35,552 nt of DNA from sequence record DRR723986_6148; one strand, given 5' to 3'. The notes beneath the pieces were generated by a model that saw only the letters and a list, made by a program, of their open reading frames with translations, ran no database searches and was not told the DNA's origin. The position numbers were made by a program, and so were the translations under genes. How positions within the stretch are numbered: the first letter of the stretch is position 1; each line of letters begins with the position of its first letter. Positions 18,573 through 28,900 of this stretch are shown piece after piece.

Positions 18573-20354
18573 TCAGTCTGCCGGAGTTGCGCCATCCACA
18601 CTTGCTGCGTCCGAATCCGATGAGTCCGAATCCGATGAGTCCGTCATTTCTGAAGAATCCGACGATGGTTCATCAGTTGCCGCATCTGTTGCAGAGTCTG
18701 CCGTGGCTGCGCTTTGGGAAGCCGAAAGATCTGCTGAATCTGCTGTTGGGGCATCAGTTGCGGAATCAGTTGCGGAATCAGTTGTGCTATCTGTAGATGC
18801 ATCTGTTGTGACATCACCTGTGTCAACTGTTGTTTCGACTGCGTCGCTGTTCATATCTCCTGCGTCGGCTGCATCCAGGTCAACCGTTGCGTCACTGCCC
18901 AAGTCAGCTGTTGAGTCAGCGTCTGTGTCGGTCACATCGGGAGCCGCGCCCTGTGTTGCCGCTTTAGCTGGATCCGGAAGTGGAAATACTTCTTCGTCCG
19001 CACCACCTTTGCCACGGCGCATTACCTCAAAAGACAGAATCGAGCTGGCGGCGACTGTGCCGAGTGAGACGTCGAGATCACGACCGTAGGGAATGCCGAT
19101 GACCGCGTCCGCCGCCGACATGAAGGAGCGTGTGATGCCGCGTTTTTCACCGCCGATGAGCAGGAGGACTTTGTCGCTGAATTCGGCTTTGTAGAGACTT
19201 GTGCTTTCGGTTTCCTTGGCGGTTGTGAGTATCTGAAAACCACGTTTGCGGGCCCATGCGGCGGCTTCGTCAACGTCGGCCACTACAGTTTTTACGAGTT
19301 CGCTGCAGCCGCCGGAAGCGCGTACAATTGTGGCGTCGGCGCGGCCCCAGTCACGCGGAGAGCGGATCAGGAGGTCGATGCCGGCAGCGTAGAAGGCGCG
19401 GATGGCCTGGCCGTAGCTGTACGGGTCTTCAACGCCGTCAAGCATGACAACAAAACGGCAGGTTTCGGGAATATTGGCTTCGGCGAGCGTTTCGTCCTGA
19501 CGCGTACCGACCAGCGCGACCACACCACCATGAGTGGTAGATTTGGCGAGTTCGTCAAGTTCGGGGCGTTTGCGCCATTCGACTTTGGCACCGGCTTTCC
19601 AGGCAGCGTCTTTGATGTCAAATTTGCGGCGTTCGTCCATGCCGCGGTCCAGAAAGAGTCGCTGAATTTCGCGGCGTCCACTCTGCAGGGCGGCGGTCAC
19701 ACTCAGGCGACCTTCGAGGCGCACAGACTGAATCTGGTCGCTTGTGAGCTCAATGCGCTCTTGTTTTTTGGCGGACTTGGCTGGGCCGGCACCCTTGTGA
19801 TGTGACGAGCCATGCGGTCCGGAGCCCCGGCGTGCGGAAGACCTCTCACCATCCGAATGTTTGCGGTAACCAGCGCGATCGTCGGAACGGCGTGAATAAC
19901 CACCGCGATCGTTGGAGCGATTATCGGAATGGGAACGGCGCGAATATCCGCCACGATCGTCGGAGCGATTATCGGAATGGGAACGACGCGAATAAGCGCC
20001 GCGATCGTCAGAGCGATCACCGGACTGTGAGCGGCGTGAATAGCCGCCGCGATCATCAGATCGATCCTGCGAGCCGGAACGACGTGAATAAGCACCGCGA
20101 TCATCAGATCCGGAACGACCCGAATAGCCGCCGCGATCATCAGAGCCGGAACGGCGTGAATAGCCGCCACGGTCATTAGAGCGGTCATCGGACTGCGGGC
20201 GCCGCGAATAGCCGCCGCGGTCATCGGAGTCACGACTATCTGAGTCTTTGCGCGACCACGCCGGGCGCGAACCTTCACGTCCACCACGATCATCCTGGTC
20301 ATCGTACAGCGGTTTTTGGCGCGAGTCGGATGAGTATCGTTTCTTGTCGTCCAT
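18573..20354 (-). CDS. SpoU/TrmH-family RNA 2'-O-methyltransferase (RlmB-like) with N-terminal RGG/RS-like repeats and an acidic C-terminal tail
   Basis: Core motifs THGGVVA, MLDGVEDP, RASGG, LLIGGEKRGI, IPY...SLGTVAASSILSFE; long low-complexity extensions at both ends. Confidence 0.85.
   Translation of the reverse strand: MDDKKRYSSDSRQKPLYDDQDDRGGREGSRPAWSRKDSDSRDSDDRGGYSRRPQSDDRSNDRGGYSRRSGSDDRGGYSGRSGSDDRGAYSRRSGSQDRSDDRGGYSRRSQSGDRSDDRGAYSRRSHSDNRSDDRGGYSRRSHSDNRSNDRGGYSRRSDDRAGYRKHSDGERSSARRGSGPHGSSHHKGAGPAKSAKKQERIELTSDQIQSVRLEGRLSVTAALQSGRREIQRLFLDRGMDERRKFDIKDAAWKAGAKVEWRKRPELDELAKSTTHGGVVALVGTRQDETLAEANIPETCRFVVMLDGVEDPYSYGQAIRAFYAAGIDLLIRSPRDWGRADATIVRASGGCSELVKTVVADVDEAAAWARKRGFQILTTAKETESTSLYKAEFSDKVLLLIGGEKRGITRSFMSAADAVIGIPYGRDLDVSLGTVAASSILSFEVMRRGKGGADEEVFPLPDPAKAATQGAAPDVTDTDADSTADLGSDATVDLDAADAGDMNSDAVETTVDTGDVTTDASTDSTTDSATDSATDAPTADSADLSASQSAATADSATDAATDEPSSDSSEMTDSSDSDSSDSDAASVDGATPAD
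19866..20225 (-). repeat. Coding tandem repeat: 8 copies plus 1 degenerate copy of (D/N)DRG(G/A)YS(R/G)R, mostly in 12-16-aa units
   Basis: Read directly from the translation and from the DNA (recurring GAATAGCCGCCGCGATCATC-like units on the + strand). Confidence 0.9.
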
Positions 20355-20464
20355 TGCTGTAGAATCCCGCTTTTCGTGTAAAGGCTAAAAAAACAAGGCC
20401 AGAAAATTTGTTCGAGGGTTAAGGGAGCGTCGAGCTATTGATTAAAACGCCGGACTGCCACCTC

Positions 20465-20506
20465 AAAAGAAAAATGCAACGAACGCACATGTGTCCGCTG
20501 CATTTT
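20465..20506 (-). terminator. Rho-independent terminator after the DUF420 gene
   Basis: Minus strand reads AAAATGCAGCGGAC-ACATGTGC-GTTCGTTGCATTTT followed by TCTTTT. Confidence 0.65.
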
Positions 20507-20585
20507 CCATAGACGATCCCCTCTGAAATCATCCATCTGCGAACGGCAGGAATTTGGCACCGGAGCCTGCCGCCACAGGAATTCG

Positions 20586-21146
20586 TCAATAGTTGAAAAA
20601 CTTCAGGAAGATATAAACAATTACGCCCGTAACTGAGACGTAGAGCCAGATCGGGAATGTAATCCGCGCGATCTTACGATGTTTTGCAAATCGTTTTGTC
20701 GTTGCCAGAAATAAGGTCGTCAGTACCAGCGGCACGTTGACCACCGACAGCACAATGTGCGTGATTAATATAAAAAAGTAGACGTAGCGTATCCAGCCCT
20801 CGGCAATAAATTTTGTATCACCCACAAAATGGTGGTAGGTCAGGTATGATACGAGGAATAAGCCGGACGTGACAGTGGCTGCGAACATGTAACGCATGTG
20901 GACTTCGCGCCGCCCGTTTTTGATGGCCTGCAAACCGAGCAGGAGGAATGCCGTGCAGATTGAATTCAGAATGGCGTTGACGGTGGAGAGTACGGTCCAG
21001 TCCGTGCCCGACATTTCGGCTTCGGTACGGAAGTAGATGAACCAGACGAGGAAGGCGACAATCGCGGCGCTCAGAATACCGATGATGGTATAAGCGGCCT
21101 TGAGGTTTTGTTGGCTGTCGGCGGGACGTTCCGTCAAATCAGGCAT
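20586..21146 (-). CDS. DUF420 (YozB-like) membrane protein
   Basis: Motifs NAILN, H..YM..A, LFLVSYLTYH, YFFILITHIVLS, KHRKIAR.TFPIWLYVSVTGVIVY. Confidence 0.9.
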   Translation of the reverse strand: MPDLTERPADSQQNLKAAYTIIGILSAAIVAFLVWFIYFRTEAEMSGTDWTVLSTVNAILNSICTAFLLLGLQAIKNGRREVHMRYMFAATVTSGLFLVSYLTYHHFVGDTKFIAEGWIRYVYFFILITHIVLSVVNVPLVLTTLFLATTKRFAKHRKIARITFPIWLYVSVTGVIVYIFLKFFNY

Positions 21147-21240
21147 TAATCGGGGCCTTTAAGCTGTACGCGCCATCCTGACGGATTCGGGTCGGAGAAC
21201 CCAGTGGCGCACTGTCTTGTAAACTTTGCGCCCAATGACG

Positions 21241-21271
21241 AAAAAGCCGCGCCGCACGTGTGTGCGGCGCG
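21241..21271 (-). terminator. Rho-independent terminator after the 4Fe-4S gene
   Basis: Perfect 10-bp stem CGCGCCGCAC/GTGCGGCGCG (21248-21271) with a 4-nt loop, followed by GCTTTTT on the minus strand. Confidence 0.7.
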
Positions 21272-21295
21272 CCAAAATCGATCATTTTTTCTTGC

Positions 21296-22876
21296 TTACA
21301 AATCGATTTGAACCAGTTGTTTTTGTTTGACGCCGCCGTGCAGCACTGGATCAATTTCCAGGTTGCGCGTGCCGACTGGCCCGTTTTCGAGTTTGAGAAC
21401 TCCACGTGGGCAGACAGCTGAACAGATTCCGCAGCCGACGCAGGAGGCGCGGACGATGTCCTGGCCGCGCTGTGCATACGCGCGCACGTCGATGCCCATC
21501 TCACAATAGGTGGAGCAATTGCCGCAGGACATGCATTGGCCACCGTTGGTTGTAATCCGGAAGCGCGACTGAAATTTCTGGATGATGCCGAACATCGCCG
21601 CCAGTGGACAGCCGAAGCGACACCAGACGCGGTTCCCCATCAGCGGATAAAAACCTGTGCCGACGACACCGGCAAAGGCGGCACCAATAAAGAAGCCATA
21701 GGCTTTCTGAACTGTGCCGGTGGCTTCACCGAGCAGCGCATAGTCAGAGAAGTAGTTGATCAGCGTGATAGCCGTCATCACCACGGCAAAAACGAGGACT
21801 GAGTGAATCAGAATGCGCTCTACATTCCAGGCCTTGAGCGATTTATCCGAGAGATGGCGGTACGGGTCTCCCACAGTCTCGGCCAGGCCGCCACAGCCAC
21901 AAACCCAGGAACAATACCAGCGTTTGCCATACAAAAAGGTGAAAAGCGGCACAGCCACAAACAACAGCGCCAGGCCCCAGACAAGCATAAAGATGCCGAG
22001 CGGTCCACCCGCCTGCAGCTGATCCAGATTCCAGTTGTAGAAAAAGTCGTAATCCAGCGGCCAGATGAACTTGAAGTCAAAATATGGTTGGTTGAGCGCT
22101 ACCAGAATCTCGGGAATGATAAACGCAAATGCCGTCTGGAAAAACAGCACAGACCCCGTTCGAATCAGCTGATAACGATTGTGCCGGTAGCGGATGAACA
22201 TGCGCACGCCCATGACGAGCATCCCGACGGTGTACAGCAATCCATACAGGAACCACTGCCCGGCCTGATTGCCGCTCAGCGCATAACTAATTGGATCCAC
22301 CAGGCGAATCCAGGGCGTTATGTACTGCGGCGCCCAGTAGAGTAATATGTAGAAACCAATCAGCAATGCACCAACGGCAATGCCAATCCAGCCGCGCGAG
22401 GTAGCTGCGCTCGTAAATAATTTGTCGTTGCGGATTCCGGGCGGCGTCTGTGACGCCTGCGGAATGATGTAGACCAGGGCGCCGATACAGGCCAGCACGA
22501 TACTCAGCAGCAGGATCAGGTAGCGGTTGTTTTCCAGAAAACCAACACCTGCGTGTTTGGTAATGTAGATCTGGTACTGCCCCGCCTGATAGCTGCCGAT
22601 TGAAACACCTTCGGTCTGGTCGGCAACCGCCAGAGCCACTTCCAGGTCTGCCAGAAAGGTAAACAGGGACACATAATGCCGTCCCATATTATTCCCGAGT
22701 GCCTCCGTGATTGCAGCCCGATGTTCTGCATTCTCGACGGCTTTAGTCATCACACCGGCATCAATCTTGTGGTCATTCATGCTCAGTGCGGCGATAAACA
22801 CAAACACGCCGAGCAGAAACACAGCCATGCCATACATGCGCAGGCGGCCTAAGGCAGCTATACTTTTTGTAGCCAT
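21296..22876 (-). CDS. Polytopic membrane 4Fe-4S binding protein (NapH/YccM-like polyferredoxin)
   Basis: Multiple TM helices; GKRWYCSWVCGCG and RVWCRFGCP motifs; two CxxCxxCxxxC motifs (CMSCGNCSTYC, CVGCGICSAVCP). Start placed at MATKS and is uncertain. Confidence 0.85.
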   Translation of the reverse strand: MATKSIAALGRLRMYGMAVFLLGVFVFIAALSMNDHKIDAGVMTKAVENAEHRAAITEALGNNMGRHYVSLFTFLADLEVALAVADQTEGVSIGSYQAGQYQIYITKHAGVGFLENNRYLILLLSIVLACIGALVYIIPQASQTPPGIRNDKLFTSAATSRGWIGIAVGALLIGFYILLYWAPQYITPWIRLVDPISYALSGNQAGQWFLYGLLYTVGMLVMGVRMFIRYRHNRYQLIRTGSVLFFQTAFAFIIPEILVALNQPYFDFKFIWPLDYDFFYNWNLDQLQAGGPLGIFMLVWGLALLFVAVPLFTFLYGKRWYCSWVCGCGGLAETVGDPYRHLSDKSLKAWNVERILIHSVLVFAVVMTAITLINYFSDYALLGEATGTVQKAYGFFIGAAFAGVVGTGFYPLMGNRVWCRFGCPLAAMFGIIQKFQSRFRITTNGGQCMSCGNCSTYCEMGIDVRAYAQRGQDIVRASCVGCGICSAVCPRGVLKLENGPVGTRNLEIDPVLHGGVKQKQLVQIDL

Positions 22877-23106
22877 TGGGGATGAGTCCGGGAATAAGTT
22901 AACAAGCTCTTGGCAGCGCCCGCCTCTCACTGGCCGTGAAGGCGGGCTTTTGAGAATCATGCCAGTCAACACGATGACCGGAATGACAGTTCCACATCTG
23001 CGTAATACAGTTCAATGTGAATGTATTTGTGAGTCTTGCGCGCGCGGAGCAACGCGCTTCCAGCTTTTCAGCAAGCAAGAATAGCGAACTCAGGCAGGAA
23101 AACCAA

Positions 23107-23144
23107 TAATATCACGGACTTTAAATAGTATCACGGACTTTAAA
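23107..23144. repeat. 19-bp tandem direct repeat (18/19 identical)
   Basis: TAATATCACGGACTTTAAA (23107-23125) followed by TAGTATCACGGACTTTAAA (23126-23144). Confidence 0.9.
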
Positions 23145-23147
23145 CGT

Positions 23148-23190
23148 ACAGCGGAGCTACCCGTCAGGATAGCTCCGCTGTTATTTTTGT
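23148..23190. terminator. Strong terminator-like hairpin downstream of typA (U-tract on the + strand)
   Basis: Perfect 12-bp stem ACAGCGGAGCTA/TAGCTCCGCTGT (23148-23181), followed by TATTTTTGT on + and ACGTTT on -. Confidence 0.65.
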
Positions 23191-23261
23191 CTTGAGGGCG
23201 CTTTAGTCACCTTGCCAAAAAAGTGCCGAGACACTCAGCGGCCAACATTTGCGCGCATCAA

Positions 23262-25112
23262 TTATACCTGTGCTTCTTTGCCGAGTTTGGCGCGCTTGTA
23301 GGCGCGGTGACGATCGGAAGAATTCAGCAGCTTTTTACGCGGGCGGATTGACTCCGGCGTAATTTCGAGCAGCTCATCGTCGGCAATCCATTCGATGTAC
23401 TGCTCCAGGCTCAATTTGCGTGCTTTGTTAATCGACTCGGTCACGTCCTTGGTTGCCTGGCGGTGGCCCGTCAGGTGTTTGGCTTTGCAGACGTTAACAT
23501 TCAGGTCGGCATCGCGAGCGTTCTCACCCACAACCATGCCTTCATACACGTCTTCGCCCGGTTCTATAAAGAGAACGCCACGATCCTGAACCGACTCAAG
23601 CGCATAACGTTTGACTTGTCCTGTTTCCCAGCTGACGAGTGCGCCACGGCTGCGACCAGCCATTGCTCCGCGATAGGTATCATAGCCGTCAAAGACGTGG
23701 TGCAGAATACCTTCGCCGCGTGTTACCGTCAGGAACTGCGTGCGGAAGCCAATCAGGCCACGTGCCGGCACGCGGAATTCGACGCGCACGATATCGCCAA
23801 TCGGCGTCATGCCTTTCATTTCACCTTTGCGGTTACCGAGCATTTCAATCACGGAACCGACGTGCTCATTGGGCACATCTACTGTTGCGTGCTCAAATGG
23901 TTCTTCCAGCTCATCCAGTTCGTTCTTGCGCAGCAGAACTTCGGGCCGCGAGACTGCAAACTCATAACCTTCACGGCGCATGGTCTCAATCAGGATCGCC
24001 AGCTGCAATTCACCGCGGCCGGAAACCTTAAACACATCCGGCGAATCGGTTTCGGCCACACGCAGTGAAATATTGCTGCGCAGTTCACGCTGCAGGCGCT
24101 CACGAATTTTGTTCGACGTCACATAGTCACCTTCTTTCCCGGCAAAGGGCGAATTGTTAACCATGAAGTTCATCGCAATTGTGGGCTCATCAACGTTAAC
24201 ATATGGCAGCGAGACCGGGTTGGCGGCACTCGAAATCGTGTCACCAATATTAACATTTTCAAATCCGGAGAGCGCCACGATATCGCCGGCTTCGGCGGAG
24301 TTGATCTCTGCACGTGCCAGGCCGCGGAATTCGTGCAGCTTGGTAATACGGCGTTTTTCAATTTCACCTTTGGCATGCACATGTGCCACGGTTTCGCCCA
24401 GTGTGATTGTACCGGTGCGAATCCGCCCGATGGCGATACGGCCGATATAATCGCTCCAGTCCAGGGCGGTGATAATCATGCCCAGCTCGGAGTCCGGATC
24501 TTTCTCCGGCGCCGGAACGTGTTTCATAATGACATCAAAGAGCACGTCCAGGTTTTCACCGCGCGGCTCATCCAGTGTCATTTGTGCAATACCTTCTTTA
24601 CCAATGGCATAGAGATGCGGAAATTCAATTTGATCGTCATCAGCACCAACGCTGATAAACAGATCTAAAACTTCATCATATACTTCATCCGGGCGCGCGT
24701 CATTGCGGTCAATTTTGTTGATTACAACGATTGCCGGCAGCCCAAGTCCAAGTGCTTTGCTGAGCACAAAACGCGTCTGCGGCAGCGGGCCTTCAGCCGC
24801 ATCTACCAGCAGCAAAACGCCATCTACCATCGAAAGTACACGCTCAACTTCTCCGCCAAAATCGGAGTGGCCAGGTGTATCGACGATATTTATTTTGACG
24901 CCGTCACGGTGGACAGCGGCATTTTTGGACATAATCGTAATACCGCGTTCCCGCTCGAGGTCATTCGAGTCCAGAACCCGATCCGTCATCTGCTGGTTGT
25001 CACGGAAGGTTCCGGACTGCCGCAGCATGTGATCGACAAGTGTCGTTTTACCGTGGTCAACATGCGCAATAATTGCGATGTTACGAATATCTTCGCGGCG
25101 TTCTGTACTCAT
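23262..25112 (-). CDS. typA: Translational GTPase TypA/BipA
   Basis: IRNIAIIAHVDHGKTTLVD, ERERGITI, DTPGH, NKID, VSGRGELQL, RREGYE, and a C-terminal TypA domain. Confidence 0.97.
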   Translation of the reverse strand: MSTERREDIRNIAIIAHVDHGKTTLVDHMLRQSGTFRDNQQMTDRVLDSNDLERERGITIMSKNAAVHRDGVKINIVDTPGHSDFGGEVERVLSMVDGVLLLVDAAEGPLPQTRFVLSKALGLGLPAIVVINKIDRNDARPDEVYDEVLDLFISVGADDDQIEFPHLYAIGKEGIAQMTLDEPRGENLDVLFDVIMKHVPAPEKDPDSELGMIITALDWSDYIGRIAIGRIRTGTITLGETVAHVHAKGEIEKRRITKLHEFRGLARAEINSAEAGDIVALSGFENVNIGDTISSAANPVSLPYVNVDEPTIAMNFMVNNSPFAGKEGDYVTSNKIRERLQRELRSNISLRVAETDSPDVFKVSGRGELQLAILIETMRREGYEFAVSRPEVLLRKNELDELEEPFEHATVDVPNEHVGSVIEMLGNRKGEMKGMTPIGDIVRVEFRVPARGLIGFRTQFLTVTRGEGILHHVFDGYDTYRGAMAGRSRGALVSWETGQVKRYALESVQDRGVLFIEPGEDVYEGMVVGENARDADLNVNVCKAKHLTGHRQATKDVTESINKARKLSLEQYIEWIADDELLEITPESIRPRKKLLNSSDRHRAYKRAKLGKEAQV

Positions 25113-25281
25113 GTTCTTTCGATGCGTAAATAGTTGGATTTCGCGGCCCAAATTACGAGGACACCGCTACCACGCGGTGATCAGCTTTATATTGTCTGCC
25201 CGAGGACGGCTGTATGCCAAAAGCATTGGAAAACTGACGTCAGGTGGCTTTAATTCTAGGGTTTCAGCCATAGTTAGCGCC

Positions 25282-25328
25282 AAAAAATAGAGACGGGCGG
25301 CGTCTCCGAAAAGCGCACCGCCCATCCC
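25282..25328 (-). terminator. Rho-independent terminator ~170 bp upstream of typA
   Basis: Minus strand GGGATGGGCGGTG...CGCCGCCCGTCTC (13-bp stem with G-U pairs) followed by TATTTTTT. Confidence 0.65.
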
Positions 25329-25994
25329 GCCTCACCCCTGCACTTTCTGATCTCACTTTCCTTTTTCTCGCTTCAGGTCTTTCATGTTACATGGGTAGGC
25401 ATTTGCAACATCAACGACTCTTCCACGCACGCCGCACGACAAAGTTTCACATCGCACGTCGCGGTTTCTGGTGCTTGCGGATCTGGCCAATAAGCAGTTC
25501 CGCGATTTGTTTTCAGCGACACAGCACAAACCATAAGGTCACGAATTGATTCAAATTAAAATCACTTTGTGGAAAACTCACTTCGGTTTCCGGCAGACAA
25601 ATACGTGGCCGGCCTCAGGCACTTCCGCATTCTTCTCTGGACTTCTCACACAAGCTCAAACAGCATGAGGCGGCTTAAGCTCCGCTGCGCGTCACTTGCC
25701 TTCATAACCATCTTGTTAGTTGGCGGGTGTTAAGTGATTAGTTATCAAGACAGGCTCAAGAGCTTTACTCTACAGCGCGCAGTCGCATGCAAACAGCTGG
25801 CCGCCGATGCCCATGACTATGGGCAGATACATGTCTCAATATTTGCAAGCGCGAGCCGGCTTCTGAATTGATCGGTTTTAGCTTGCCGGCTCTATGACAA
25901 ACAAGAAAATCAAGCAAGCTATGCCCTAAAGAATGCAAGGGCATAAAGCGCTCAAAATATCTGCCTCCAAAGCTAAAGCAGCACAAGGTGAAGG

Positions 25995-28900
25995 TTATTG
26001 TACAATTAACAGGCGCGATGCATTAAACGGCCCGGCACGCAAAGTATAACGATACTGCCCACGGGACAATTCCGCGGTAGATACGTCAACCGTATAGACA
26101 CCTGCCGATTGCCGCTCCTGAACCAGCGTCCGCAGCACACGGCCAAGCTGATCTGTTAACAGTAGCACAACCTCTGTGTCAAAACCCAGGGAATACACAA
26201 TCTGCGTTTGCGCGTCCACCGGATTTGGCGCGTTTTGCATTAAACCAAACTGCGTGCCGGCATAGACAATATCCCAGGAACTTAACACACACAGTTCTTC
26301 AAGTTGAACGGCAACATCACTTTTAATCACGTCACAGTTAACAAATCCACCTAGGTCAGCAGCAATGATTGCAGCCTGTACAACCGGCTCTGCTGAATTA
26401 AACACCAAAAGACGCATACGCAGACTAAGCACAAACGATCGTGGCAGAGGTGCGCCCGTGCTACGGCCACTTAGTATTATACTCCCTGCGACAAGCGTTT
26501 CTTCGGCACGCAACTCCCAGCCAGCCAGCTCGTTCGTGTTAAGCGGCTCAAACCTTAACAGACTCAATGCTGCCGGCGGATACGCAAGTTCAAGTTCAAA
26601 TGCCTGCCTGTTAAAGTCACCTGCATCACCAAACAGTTCAACAGCGAGCAACAATTCAACTTCATCGCCGGGCAAAAGTGGACCATCCACATTCGGTGCA
26701 CTTAAGTGAACACGTGCACGCGGATCGACATCAACACGCACGCCGGCGCGATCACTACAACCCAATTCGTTAAATACTCGCACACTATAATCGATGCCTG
26801 CCTGTGGTGTAGCCAGTGGCGTCGCACTGCTTGGGTCATCCAGCCCTGTACCTGGCGACCAGACATAACGCGTGCCGCCTGAAGCACTTAAACGCACAGA
26901 TTCACCGGCGCAAATGTGGTAGGAATCATGTGCCTGCGCCGTGGGAGCCGGCAAATGTTCAATGTTAATCCACAGTTCAGAGCTGCAGCCCGCAGCATCG
27001 CGACCAACGAGTCTGTACGCACCCTCAGGCTGCGAGGCCGGAATATCCCAGACGGCAGTATTGTTAACAAGCGTGCCGGAGGCGTCAAACCACTCATAGC
27101 TTTCAGCTCCCGCAGCCGTGACCTGCGCACCGATTTCGGAATCACCACCAACACAGACCTGTACGAGTTCACGATCAACAGTTAACTGCGGCACATCACC
27201 AACCAGCACACGCACTGCAAGACTCCCGCTGCAGCCTTCAACCGTTGTGTACTCCACTGTAAATTCTTGTGTGGCGCTCAGTGTTGCCATTGGATTAACA
27301 ATATTGGGATTATTGAGGCCTGTAGCGGGAGACCAGCGCACAGACTCCAGCAAAACATCACTTGTTAAATTCAGCTGAACCGACTCGCCGCTGCACACGC
27401 GTGGTTCCAAAGGATCGGGCAGAACACGATCTCCGGGAATAATTTCGACCAGAACTGAATCCAGGGCTTCACAAGCGTCGCCGATTTTGCCGCGAACGTA
27501 ATACATAGTTGTGCGCTGCGGCGCGGCTGTAGGAGTGGCACTGCGGGCATCCGAGAGCCCTTCAGCTGGCGACCAAAGGTATTCATCGGCACCATCAACA
27601 GTCAGGAGCGTGGAACTTCCGGCACAAATTTGCACATCTGGACCGACCATCAGTTCGGCTGATTCAAGAACTTCAACACGGAGACTGCCGCGCACAGTGC
27701 AATCGCCGCTGCCGATCGTCACATAATAGTTGGTGGACTGCGCCGGTTGTACGCGCGGGCTTTTGGCGCTTCGATCGGGGATGTCTGGATGATCGTCCCA
27801 GCGATACTCAAAAGCATCGTCACCCTCAGGGTTTAACTCAACCGATTGACCGGCACAAATAGTGATCGGCTGCAGATTTGCCGATGGTTTTTCAATCACA
27901 CGCACTTCAAATTGAGCCTCGGCGACACCGCAGCTACTTTCCAGGCGGACGGTATAGATCGTAGTTTTTGCGGGGCTTGCCAGCGGTTGTTTAACATTGG
28001 GATCATCCAGGCCATCCACCGGAGACCAGGAATATTTGCCTTCGGGGCCGTTTAACTGCAGATGTACTTCACTCCCGCGGCAAATCGTGTATGTTAAGCC
28101 TTGTGGCAGTTGAACTTCCGCACCGATCTGCACCATTATGGAATCGATACGCGCACAACCGCCGGCATTTGTGACTTCTACATAATACATTCGGTCTTGC
28201 GTTGGTGTAATCCAGGGTGTTGGGCTGTTAACATCCGAAATCTCTTCATCCGGCCACCAGCGGTATTCGCTCCCACCGGCGGCTGTTAACTGCACGCGGT
28301 CGCCGGCGCAAACGGTCAGGTCCGGCCCCAGATCAAATTCCGGCTGTTCCAAAACGACGACTTCAACTTTTGCAGAATCAAGACAGTTGAGCCCGACTTG
28401 TCCGTAGACAGTATAAGTTGTTGTTTTGTCTGGGCTTGCAATCGGTGTTGGTCCATTCCAGGTGTCTAAACCTTCGCGCGGGTCCCACACGTACCTTTCA
28501 GCACCCTCAGCAGTTAATTGTACGGAGCCCTGGCCACACAGCGCTGCCGGCGACGAAACTCGAAGGCCTGGCCTGTCTGAAACTTTGACTGTAACGCTGT
28601 CATAAGCGAAATCACATTCGCTTTCATATCTAAAGTAGTACGTGGTAGTTTGCTGCGGCGTAGCTTTAGTACTCGAAGAGTCCGGGTGTGACAGGCCTTC
28701 TTTGGGTCTCCATTCAAATTTTCCGGGGGAATTGTTTTGTGTATTTAACTCAGCCGTATCCCCACGGCAGATGTTAAGTCTGCCACTGAGCTGGGCATTA
28801 ACTTCCAATTTCAGGCCGGCTTTGTAAAATACCCTTCCTCCATAGTACTGACTCACAAAAGAGTCACCACAATGTGTCCCGGCCGGCGTCGCTAAGGATG

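Noticed and set aside
19703..20302. Repetitive alternative-frame ORF (MIAAAIHA... repeats); possible CRISPR-like array
   Set aside because: An alternate reading of the coding repeat in the methyltransferase. Units are in-frame multiples of 3 with no unique spacers, and there are no cas genes.
25765..25986. 73-aa minus-strand ORF downstream of the third T9SS gene
   Set aside because: No recognisable motif and atypical composition; cannot be supported as a gene.
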